DNA of 64,000 nucleotides from Tubiluchus corallicola (taxonomy: Eukaryota; Animalia; Priapulida): positions 1 through 64,000 of the forward strand of contig JAQGDQ010000140.1 in the NCBI GenBank assembly GCA_030141605.1, written 5' to 3'. Below, piece after piece: positions 44,901 through 57,200 of this stretch. The notes beneath the pieces were generated by a model. It did no database searches. It was not told the origin of the DNA and saw only the letters and a program-made list of their open reading frames with translations. Position 1 is the stretch's first letter. Each line of letters opens with the position of its first letter. The position numbers were made by a program, and so were the translations under genes.

Positions 44901-47900
44901 AAGTGAAAAAACTGTATGTGTAAAATCCAAATTAGGTATACGTTTGAAATGGCTAATGTGAAACCAACACTTGTGCCATACGAGCATTCCCTTGGAACAA
45001 CAAAGCTTAAATAAGCGCACTAGACCAATGCATTACTCTAGCAGGTAGAAGTTTAAGGTACTTACCATAAGTGAATCAAGGATTGGAGCAACATTAAAAT
45101 TTTCAGCTAATTTATGCAGATAATCATTTACCCTGCAATAAATTAACATATGATTATAATAATAATAAGACTTGCAAAACCTTTTAGGGGGAAGACTAGA
45201 ATGGTGGACATTTTAAACAATGACGATAATATCATTGTCGTTAACATCACCATTGCCATCATCAGCAGCATATCTTCATCACTGTCATCGCCGTCGTCAT
45301 CATCGCTGTTGTCACTACCATCACCATCATTACCAATATCATCAATGTCTGTGTACAATGTAACCACAAACAACATACGCGACATTATTTTTCATGGGTC
45401 ACTGTAAAATTTTTTATTTATAAACATATGACTTTGCTGTCCCACTGAAAGCTAAGACTATTACGACACATTTTTGGCTATAAAATTACATTTATACGGG
45501 AATAACTTACCCGTTGCTATACGTTCTATAAATTCATTACATTGTTTTGAACAAAATCTTAAAACACATTTGATTAAACTGTACTTTTCATGATGAATTA
45601 ATTTTAATATTTAATGTCTTTTAAATTTTATGTTTCTCGTGAATTTTAAACATATTTTATCGTTCAGGGTGCTGAGATTTTAAATGATGTAGTGTGGTAT
45701 ATAAATTAATTTTACATTACATTGCATTACATTGCACTACATTGCATTACATTACATTACATTGCATTACATTACATTATGAAGAAATGAGAGCGGCCAA
45801 ATGAAGCAAATAGTGCAAACGATAACTCTTCTTTGCAAAAATGAAACAAATTTGATGCAAAAAATGTGAATTTCCAAGCGTAACCAGTAAAACTAAAGCA
45901 TTTTCACACTGCATCTAGTTCTTGGCTACATAACCTAATGCTCTTGTTAAAGTACAATATTCACACGGGTAAAACACAGTCTTCTCACCATTCACGATGT
46001 TTGGCTCCCTCCAAATGCTTGTACAACTTTGGAACAGATTCGAACTCCATGCTAAAAAATAACATACATGATAGATTTGCTGCACGTTACAGAAAAACAA
46101 ACAAACAAACAAACAAACAAGCAAACATATAAACAAACAAGACAATAAACCCTTCACAGCCTCACATGGTTAAGATTATCATCAGTTTGTTAAACAATGC
46201 AGCACATTTTTGAAGTTTTGGCTGCTGCCATACTGACCAAAGAGTTCAGTGAAAGGCAATGCAAATTCGCGCGCAACCAAACTGCTGTGCTTTTGTCTGG
46301 GGTGTAGAAAAGTTGTAAAGTTAGGGGGAGCAGGCACACACAAAAAAGGTGCCACGACGCCTGAATCAATTACATGTTTGTCTAGGCCACAGCAGACAGT
46401 ATCAGCGACGCAGCGTGTGACAAGAATATATTATGATAATTAGATTTGCGACAATTTGATCAGTTCAGTCAGTCAACATTGACAAATGAGTTGCGTAAAT
46501 GCGCACTAATTTCAAGAACATGTAAGGCAGGTTGGTCAAATAAAGTAACGAGGCAGGTTGTTGGAAAGGTGCCAGTTTTTAAAAAAATTGGCTCAGGGGA
46601 AATGGTTGCTCCCGTTGCTCACCTATTAGTTACGCCACTGCCATTTGCGCAAATCCAAATATTTAAAGCACAATCAATTTTAACTGTGGTAAGCCAAATT
46701 CAGTGGCCTAATTGAATAATCAAATCCATAATTAACTGATTATCACAAAACGTTGTCATTGTTTACTTACGAGCAAGAAAAGCATTGTTTATGCTTGACG
46801 TTCACTCTGAAATCTATCATTGTGCCATCGTTTGACTAAAATAGCAAGTAAAAAATGATGAGTGTCCACTAAAAAGTCAAACAACTATTCACAGTACAGC
46901 GTACTTTAATCTGCTATCAAGTGATAAACCAGTAGAAAGGCAGATGCAAGTAAGTATATGAAAATCATTATTATTAATATAAATTTTTCCTACTAAAAAT
47001 TATATAGGTATACCTATATAAAATTTTACATGTATATATGACTTTATAACTTACCTGTACATTATGTACATGTAAATTATAAAGTCATATTAACAAGTAA
47101 ACTAGTAAAGCCAGTCTTAAACTAAAAACACCACTAACTCAAAGTGAATTAGTATGCATGAAAAAACATGTTCTAGATAAAATAGCTTTAATGCTGCAAG
47201 AGAAATATTGCGGTATCAAAAAACAGATGTGAGTATATATTTACTTTTAGGGTTTGCTCCTTTGCCAATGTGTCTCGTCTACAAAAAAAAACATAAGAAC
47301 GTTACATATAAAACTTCAAAACAAAACAAATAGTTTTCTATGATCATATATTACAGTATGAGAAATTAAATCATACCTAACTGCACTACTGTATTTTCAA
47401 TAACTGTTGTCATTATTCCTGTTAATTAAGACATCATTGATCTTACAAAATCTAGGATAAAATATTGAAACATGCTTGCCATGGGCTGTTGTTAGATAAA
47501 TTTGATATTAACTAATAGCAGCAAACCTGCAAGGTACATGCATAGGAACTGTCCTGTTCTACATCAGTTTCATGTTACAAATATGTGCCAAACTGAAGAA
47601 CGCAGGCCCATATAACAATAACAACTCACATTTTTAAGTTAGCTAAGTGATTCCCGCTCTGCAAGTGCGGTCGATCCGAAATAAAGAACTCTTGCGCGCT
47701 GTACCAAACTTCATGCCCGTCGTATTCCCTGTAACATGGTTTGATCGTCAGAACAATTAGGATCAGAATCAGATCTGATTCTCTAACAGACAAAAGAGGC
47801 TAAAGTTGAGATACGTGTGAGAGACCCACACATTACAAGAATCAGAAGATGCCGTACTGATAAATTTAAAATTTTATGCTGCAGTCTGTAATATCATTTA

Positions 47901-48195
47901 TAAGCACTAACATAAAAAGCTCTTATTATCAAAATGCATATCAAAAATAAGTTTGCTGACCTAATTTTTAGAGCAATACTACTTAGTTGCCCATTATAGT
48001 GCACAAATACATTTCAGCTGTTTTACAACTTAATGAAATCCATCACTCATATATATAGATATAAATATAAATATATGTTATGTATTATGTATATGTATGT
48101 GTGTATATCTATATATATATCTATATATACACACATACATACATATACATAATACATATTGTACGATACATAGTCATACACACATATATATATAT

Positions 48196-48276
<81 letters not shown>

Positions 48277-51200
48277 CATACACATACATATATATAAATA
48301 CATATTGTATGGATTGAATTATCCATATTTGGCAAATGAATGTAAGTACTACAAAATGGAATTTATTGCCAACCGGATTTAAATAAACAGTTCATTGTCA
48401 AGGCATCTGAAACAGAGAAATTTACCAGAATTTAGAAACATCGAAATACAATTCAGTAGTGAGGCAAAAGATATATTCTGTAATATTATATATCTTTTGG
48501 CTATCTAATTACAGAATTGTATTTCGATGTTTCTAAATTCTGATAAAATTCCTTGTTTTAGATGCATTGACAACGAACAGTTTGTTTGAAACCGGTCAGC
48601 AAAATTACATTTTGATGTTTTATATGTATATTAACATTAATCAATTATTAACACAACAACCTAGTGAAAAATGTCAGCTTACCTGCACAGTTTGCACATG
48701 TATTTAGCCTTCTTTAATTTTTCCATCTTAGAATCATTGGATTGTGGCAAGGTTACTGCAACAACACCGCTGTCGAATGATTTGCGTATCAACTAGACAA
48801 AACAAAATAACACGCAAATTTAGAAAAAAGCGAAAAATTGCTACACGTTTAACACACAGAGCAACTATTGCAAAAATTTATTTTCAGACATTAGCAGAGC
48901 AGAACTGAAGATAAAGCTAAAAATAGTAAAAAAAGTAGCCAGTATAAGTTCACCTAGAGTTTTAAAAGTGGCCCCATATTTAGACCACTTTTTCTTATGC
49001 GGTGCTTTCTCAGAAATCTTATTAGACATTCGTAGAATCTCTACAGCATGAAGCCAACCAAATAATCAATGTGCATGTACAACATTTTAACAAACTGTCT
49101 ACAAATGTGTTTTATTTACACTAAAATAAAAAAAGGCAGGTCCTGATCTGGTTCACAAATGCTGAAAAAAATGCAGTTGTGGACAGGTGAAGAGGAAGAT
49201 TGAAAGAGACCCAAATAATTCTCAATATAATCAATCATTTTGATACTTTAGAAAAATGGCTGCATTGTACCATGTTTATAGAAGAAGAAATACAGTTGTT
49301 AAGTACCAATGAAAACGAATGCACTGTAATTTTATGTAGTGTTCTCTTTTCAGGTACAGTACATACAGTGCATACGTTCTTGGCATCGGCTTGATTCACA
49401 TAATAGCTGCATTTATGCATATTGGCTCATTAGTTCATTCACGTAACTGGGTCTAGACCATTTAACCAATTACATAGCATCTACTGCAACTGTTTTAAGA
49501 TGCTGAGACAAGAGTCTAGTAAGCGGCACCTTTTTGCAAAAGCGAAAATTTTTATCGTTTAACTAAATTGCTTTTGTAAAGAAAAAACGCAAATACCTGA
49601 AATAGTTTCACATCGCTAATTTTTGCTGAAACTTCAGAGGATGGTGGTTTCTCTGTCTTGCTAACGGGAGCAAATGGTTTTACACTGCTTTCAGTTGGTT
49701 TTACATCGGAGCTTGTTTTCACAACAGGAGTTTCCTGGGTGATGACACTTGCTTTTGAATCAAGACTTTCTTTATTGCTACTTGAACCCGCTTTGTTGTC
49801 ATCAGTTCTCTTGACAAGATGCGGGCTACCTTTCGTGTCAAGAGCTTGCTTGTCTTCACTAAAACTTTCTTTTGCATTTTGAGTTCGTCTTTTGTCCTGT
49901 AAAGCTGTTTTATCATCTAGAGCTTGCCTTCCTTCACTGGAGCGTGCTCTACTACCTCGAGCATGCCTTCTTTCATGCGACCTTGCTCTACCATTATGAA
50001 ATTTCCTGCGTTCACGCGAATGCGCTCTTTCACGCGAGCGGCTTCTTTCCTCGTGAGTTCGCCATCTTTCTCGTGAGCCTGCTCTTGTATCTCGTGCATG
50101 TCTTCGTACACTCGAGCCTGCTGTTGTATCCCACGTTTGCCTTTTTTCAATTGAGCCTGATCTTAAATCATGAGCTGCTCTTGTATCTCGAGCTTGCCTC
50201 GTTTCATTTGAGCTTGCCTTTGCTTCATTAGCTCCTTTTCCGACACCAACAATAGCATCATTAACCTTCTTGCGATCTGCTGTTGTTATTTTTCCTGTAG
50301 CAGCTTCCATCTCATCAACAGTAGCTGTTCCAGCTTTAGAATTTTGCTTTTTGTCAGTTACACTTACTGTAAGTTTAGCCACCTTAGTGCCAATTGCACT
50401 TGCAGCAAAATTAGCTGCTTCCTTTGTATCAACCACAATCACTGCAGCTCTAGCCACTTCCATTGTGCCAACTCTGGGAACCCTTGTGTCAACTCCAGGA
50501 ACCTTAGTGTCAACTGCAAGAACCCTAGTGCCAATTGCAGGAACCTTTGCGTCAACTCCAGGAACCTTAGTGTCAACTGCAAGAACCTTTGTGTCAACTG
50601 CAGGAACCTTTGTGTCCACTACAGAAATATTTGTGTCAACTCCAGAAACATTTGTGTCAACTGCAGGAACCTTTGTGTCAACTCCAGGAAGCTTTGTGTC
50701 AACTCCAGGAACCTTAGTGTCAACTGCAAGTACCTTTGTTTCAACTACAGGAAGCTTTGTGTCAACTACAGGAAGCTTTGTGTCAACTCCACTCCCTGCA
50801 GTTGTAGCCACTTCCTTTGCACCAACTGCACATGTCACAAATTTAGCCACTTCCTTCTGGTCAACTGCATTCACTGCAGCTTTAACTACTTCCTCTGTGC
50901 AATCTATACCCCCTCCATCTTTAGTTAATTCCTTTGTATAAGTTCCAGTAGCTTTAGCCATATCATTTGTGCTAATTACATTTCCTGAAAGTGGTTTGAT
51001 GCAAGTTGCCACTACAATATCCACTCGCTGAGTTCTTTGCAGTTCTGTTACGTTAGCAATCAATGGAACTTGTCTTGCATCACTTGGTGCTATTTGCCTC
51101 GAACTGTCCGCAGAATCAGCAACTGGATTAGTGTCCGTTTCATCAATCAGATTCTCCGATACAAATTTACTACCTCTTGTAAAAATTTCTGGAAAAGCAG

Positions 51201-54200
51201 TGTCTAAAACAGTATCAACTGCGTCATCAACTCCTTTCAAAGAACCAGCATTCGCAGCAGCCACACTAGTGCCACCAATTGTTTTCAAATCAGTAACATC
51301 ATCAACTATTTTTACAACGTTAATACTTTCCACGTCATCCATCGGTTCTGCGCCACTACTACTGGCTGCAACATCTTTTTGTTCTGCCGTTGTTTCATCT
51401 ACTTGTTCCAAAATATCCATTGAAGCAGTTACCATGTTGGTGGGCTTAGCATCTGCCGCTTGGTTGGTCACATTGGTTACCCTGGTTACCCTGGCAGTTG
51501 GTTGGATGACAATCAGATTACTACACCTAGGTTTTCTACCAACAGTAGAAGGAGCGGTGTTTGCATTAACGCCGAGTGCTTCAATAGGTTTTGAACTGGT
51601 TGCAATCATTTCAGTGCCTTTAGTACTAGCAGTGATCACTTCAATGGATTTATCAGCAACTGCAGCATTTGTCCCAGTACCTACAGGTTTAGTTTTTTCA
51701 ACAGGTACATTTTCATAGCAAATGACGATTTCTTCTTTTTCCTCTACATAAGGCAGGTTATGAGCTACGGGAAGGTGGTAGATCATTGCTAAAGTAAATC
51801 CAAATTTCTCTCTGAAAAAAATTTATATACGCAACTTTTAAAAATGAGTATAGAAAACGGATTTTTATTTATTATTGCAAATCTCCAATACTAGTGACAA
51901 TATTTGTAACAATGATTTATCAAGAAATTCTTCATTCTCCACTGAAGTAGGAAATTACAGAGTGAAAATTGAAGACAGGTAACTGGAGAAACACTCCACC
52001 TGCTAATTAGTAGTGCAACAGCGCAACCGAGGTTGGTAAGAATATGAAGCACTAAAGATTAGCACTCAAATTACCGAGATCGGATACAGTTATGTAGCAA
52101 TACTTACTGGCATAGCGAACATGTGTACTTTGCCAATCGTATCTTATCGAAATCAATTTCTTCACTTTCATCTAAGTCTGTGACCATGTTGCCTTTCTGT
52201 ACAGATTGCTTTATTGCCTGCGTAAATAGAAAACATTTGTTTCCTATAGCTAATTACGAATAAAAAGCAAAGTAAAGCAATATTTGAAAATGTTAATGAT
52301 GACTTCTGTTGCAGTTCTAAACAGTCGGAGTTGTCTACGGTATCTTTATCAATTTGTAATTAAAGGGAAGAAAATTTTAAAGTCCATCCCCAAAAATTTT
52401 CCATACAAAGTTAAATTACTTAGCATTCCACTTACTTGCTTAAAACATTTATGTAACTATAAAAATTGTTAATAATTTAACAAAGTTCGTGCCACCTGTT
52501 AAAATGTCACTCACTCAGCTTCCAAGCATGCACAACTGACACACAAAGAAACATATTTTTAATCTTACTGACAAGATTAAGTAAATTATACCTTTATTTA
52601 ACAACTGAAATTTCACTACAAATGCTCTGATTATTTTTTAAAAATTCATGTCACGTTATTTAAACTTATTTCAAAACCATCTATTGACAAATTGGCTGCA
52701 CCTAAGTGTCCTTGAGAGAGTTCAAATACAGGATTATTGCTAATGCAAACTCTGTGCGCAATATAACAGCAAGGGACATGAAATTTCAAAATGAGTTTTT
52801 TTAGCTCTGTAAGTAAAAGAGTTTCCATGTGCTTTAGAACCTATATTTACATAACCAACTTTTTGCTTATTTAAAAAACGCAAGAAATCATAAACAAGTT
52901 GTGGTACAATATGTTTTGAGACAATGATAAAACTATAATATGGTACAAATGCTGTTCAAAAAATACTATTTAATTTTACAACTAAGGAACAATCAACCCA
53001 ATAGTTAAATAATTGCTCTAGTTTCACAAACTTACTGAGAAAAGATTGAGGACAGGCTCCACATTCTTCTCTTTAGCCATCCTTTTGAGCTGGTTGACAA
53101 CCCTAAAAAACAGTTTCCCAACTTTACAGCAACACAATAACACAATGCAACACAATAATGCAAATACAATAACACAATGCAACACAATAATGCAATACAA
53201 TAACACAATGCAACACAATAAAACAATACAATAACACAATGCAACACAATAATACAATACAATAACACAATGCAACACAATGACACAATAATACAATACA
53301 ATAACACAATGTAACACAATAATACAATACAATAACACAATGCAACACAATACAATACAATAACCCAATGCAACACAATAATACAATACAATACAATAAC
53401 ATTAGAAAATAGCTAATCTACTCTAAATCACCTGATCAAATGTTGAAATAATGACGTAGTTTTATTCAACAAAAAGTAGGTGCAGCTAGACTCGTAGTGA
53501 AAAAGCTTGTGATTAATGTTTTGGTTTTTCTATATAGCTTATCACTATGTCAAATACGACACCTACATGCTCTGATTTATTCGCTTTACACTTATGCAAA
53601 TCATGCTATCAAGTTCTTCTGAGCCCTGGGATTGAGGCTCACTTTCAATGCACAGTGAAAGCTACTTGCCTGGATGTAATATCGTTTATATTATACAGTA
53701 GAAGTGTGAAAAATCTGTATTTGCTTCACAGTTATGCAAGTCATGTTTCTAATTTCTACTGAACCCTGGGATTGAGGTTCATTTTCAATACTACAATGAA
53801 AGTTGCCTACTTGCATCTGAAATCATTTATTTCACACAGCAGGGGTATGAACAATCAGTATTTGCTTTATACTTACGCATATCTGCTGAGCCCTGCAAGT
53901 GAGGTTCACTGTCAATGTACAGTCAAAGTTACTTAGCTGCAGACAAATTATGTTACTAATTTGTACTAAACTCCGTTACCTCATATAGTTTATTTCACAC
54001 AGTAGAAGTGTGAACAGTCTGTACACAATGTAGACATCTGTACACATCTGTACACAGTCTGTACACAATGCTGCCCCATCCACTACGACATTGTCACTTT
54101 TTATGCAGTTCGACACACTGCAAACTGCTATCCTCCACTCAACAACAGGGCACACTACTAAAATGGGATGGCTGTGGCAAGACTGGAGAGGTTCATTATC

Positions 54201-57200
54201 AAGGATAACTTTCTCAAATATGGGACATTGAAACACGACTGAAATGGCAATATAGTCACTTTCCCTGTGCAACATAGCAAGAGGAAGTATGGCTAATGAA
54301 ATCACTTAGAAGTAACTTCCGTAGCTATCACTCATCCATTTACTAGCCCAACTTAGCATTGCTTAACTGTAACTGTTGTAGCGAAGCACACAACTTGAAC
54401 ACCCAGCTAAAGTCTCACTACAAAGGGTTTTGTGTAGTTTCTGTTGTGGAGCATAGCATCATTGATAAAACTCCAGCTGTACCAAAGTGAATAATTTACC
54501 TAGAGTGTTAGATAACAGAAGTTTTAATAAACACCACGTTCAAACTTGACTTACCACTTGCGATGTTTGATTCCCTTCAGATGAGCTACGAGTTCGGGAA
54601 TATTTGCAAAACTTTTCCTGGAAAAATCAATTTCATGTGATGAACAACAGATAAAATTGGTTCACATGTTCAAGACATACAGTATTGCAGAACCTTTCTC
54701 CAACATTGCACATTACCCAGCAACATTTTTAATGTAATTTGTAATTTTTATTTTTCACATCAGTACAATAGTACAAAACATATACAAAAATAAAACTATA
54801 ACACAAAATAATTAACATGATAGCAGTAACAATTTACATATTATTGAAATCCTATCTAATGTACTGCAGAAACAAGTACAGAACTTCTGTAAAGAAGTAC
54901 AGAACGGCAGAACGAAGAACTGCAGTAAGATGTTAAGGTATCTTGTAATATTTCAAAAATTGGGAAATATGTCAGGCAAGCAAATGGAGAAAAAACCAAA
55001 TGTCACAAACCAAATGCTTAGTCTTACACTCTTTATGACAATCTTTTCATCTTACTTTGTTAAAAAGAGAAGCCATGTTGCTATAGGGCGGATGGTAAAA
55101 ATTCTCAAGAATCAAGAACAAAAAGAATGAAAAAATCCCTTAATAAAAACATAAATGATACGAAATGAGTAAAGATAGAAAAAGCGGGAAAAACACAAAA
55201 AACAGAGCACAGAAAGCACACAACAGTCAATACTAGATCATTGTTAATATATGCAGCAAATAAGAGACTAACCGCTTGTGGTGTACTACCACAATTAATT
55301 GCTTGTGGTGTGCTAAGAAAACAAACTGCTTTGTCGCATCTTTTTCAATGAAATTTTTTTATTACTTGAAAAAATATCATGAAAAATGAACGAATTAGCA
55401 CCAACATTTTTTTACAAATAGTTAAAGTTTTAACCATTATTTTACATTTATTTTATTTTGTAGTTTATTAACAATTTACAATATTGTACGTACAGACAAG
55501 TTAAGCAATCCCTTGTTTCCGTATTCACTCTAAATTCTACCTTAGTCCCATTTTCAACCTAAAACACAACAGTGAATAATACCGTGCTATATAAAAGTAA
55601 ACACAAGCATCAACAAATTTATATTTCTAACTAAGTGTTTCTAACCATTGAATTTGTATATTGTTTACATAGTAATATTAACATTATGCTTTGAATGCAG
55701 TTACACTGCTAATAGCCATACTGTAATGATTCTACAGTACATTTATTGTCTGCACCCTTGTAAGTGTTATTTTCCATCGGCAAGAACGTCTATCGGTTGT
55801 AAAACTGTCTTATTCAAGCCATGTTGTAATCTCTGTTATTCAATAAAACTATATTTCAACTAAACTTTGCATGTGAATAGAACGCAAACTGCAAAAACTG
55901 CAATATGATTTGCAGTAATGAAAACAATGCCAGTTATGAAAACAATGCCAGTTATGAAAACAATGCCAGTTATGAAAACAATGCTAGTTATGAAAACAAT
56001 GCTAGTTATGAAAACAATGCCAGTTATGAAAACAATGCTAGTTATGAAAACAATGAACTCAATTGATCTTATATCGACACCTGAAATTAATCGATAGTAA
56101 AACCAGAGCAAGAAAAGCCTAATTAGAATTTACTAATCAACCACTTTGTTACCTCACTTTTCAAATGGTATAAACAGTATAAATCTAGTAAACTTACCTC
56201 TATACACTGGTCTTTTGACAACATGTCTTTACTACAAAAAAACAGAACCAAATCAAATATCACAAAAAAGGATGTAAATTTTTAATTTAAATCTTAGTTC
56301 TTATGCAATTATAGCCGTGATTGCCACAATTATTATAAACCATTGTGTGCAACGAGCTTGAGTTTGAGAAAGGAGACTAGTCCACAATTTTTCAGTGTCT
56401 CTTCTCTCCAACTCATCACCCAAATGGGTAATAATTGGTAAAATAAATTGCAATGGTCGGGGAAGGTACTGATACGATAAATGTTACCATTTAGTCATGT
56501 TTTGCAAGTACAAAAACAAACTCAGAAAAAAACATTTATATCAATATGAAACTCACTACTAATCACTCAAATTTTGAAATATTTCTTTTTTCACGTAGCA
56601 GAAACACTTACGTTTCCAAGTTTGCGATGTGACTTTCGCAAACTAAATGAACCGGTGATGACAAGAAAAATTGTTCAACATCACAGTAAGCGCTTTCATC
56701 AGATCCCAATTTTTTGCTCCCAAAAATACTAAGACAAAATTAAAATAGGATTAACCACAATCAACTGAAAAGGCAAATATCAATGTCGAAACTGACTCTG
56801 GTTGACATACCAAATTGGTCACTAATATTGGACAGAAACAATAAAACAGACAGAAATGAAACACTGCTTACAGAAAGATATTCAGTTTTAAACAAAACGA
56901 AAACATCAAATTGTTAATGTATTTTTGTGGCACAGTGCCTGCGAATTATTTAATAGATAGTCGAAAATTAAATTTTGTGAAAAAAATTGCAAAGTCTTGC
57001 ACATTGAGAATTCCAAAGCTATGCTACTATGTAAATAACAGTAGTGCAAAAAATTTAAGATTTAAATATTGCTGTACTGTAGATCTAAACGAAAATGTAA
57101 GATTAAAGGTCAAGAACTCATTTAAAGATTATGTTTTAAGATACCTATTATAGCTTCTTACAACACTGTATACTGTAATATAATTGCAAGAGTACTACAA

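Noticed and set aside
50270-51718. Plus-strand ORFs of 195-223 aa
   Set aside because: Antisense shadows of the repetitive giant exon
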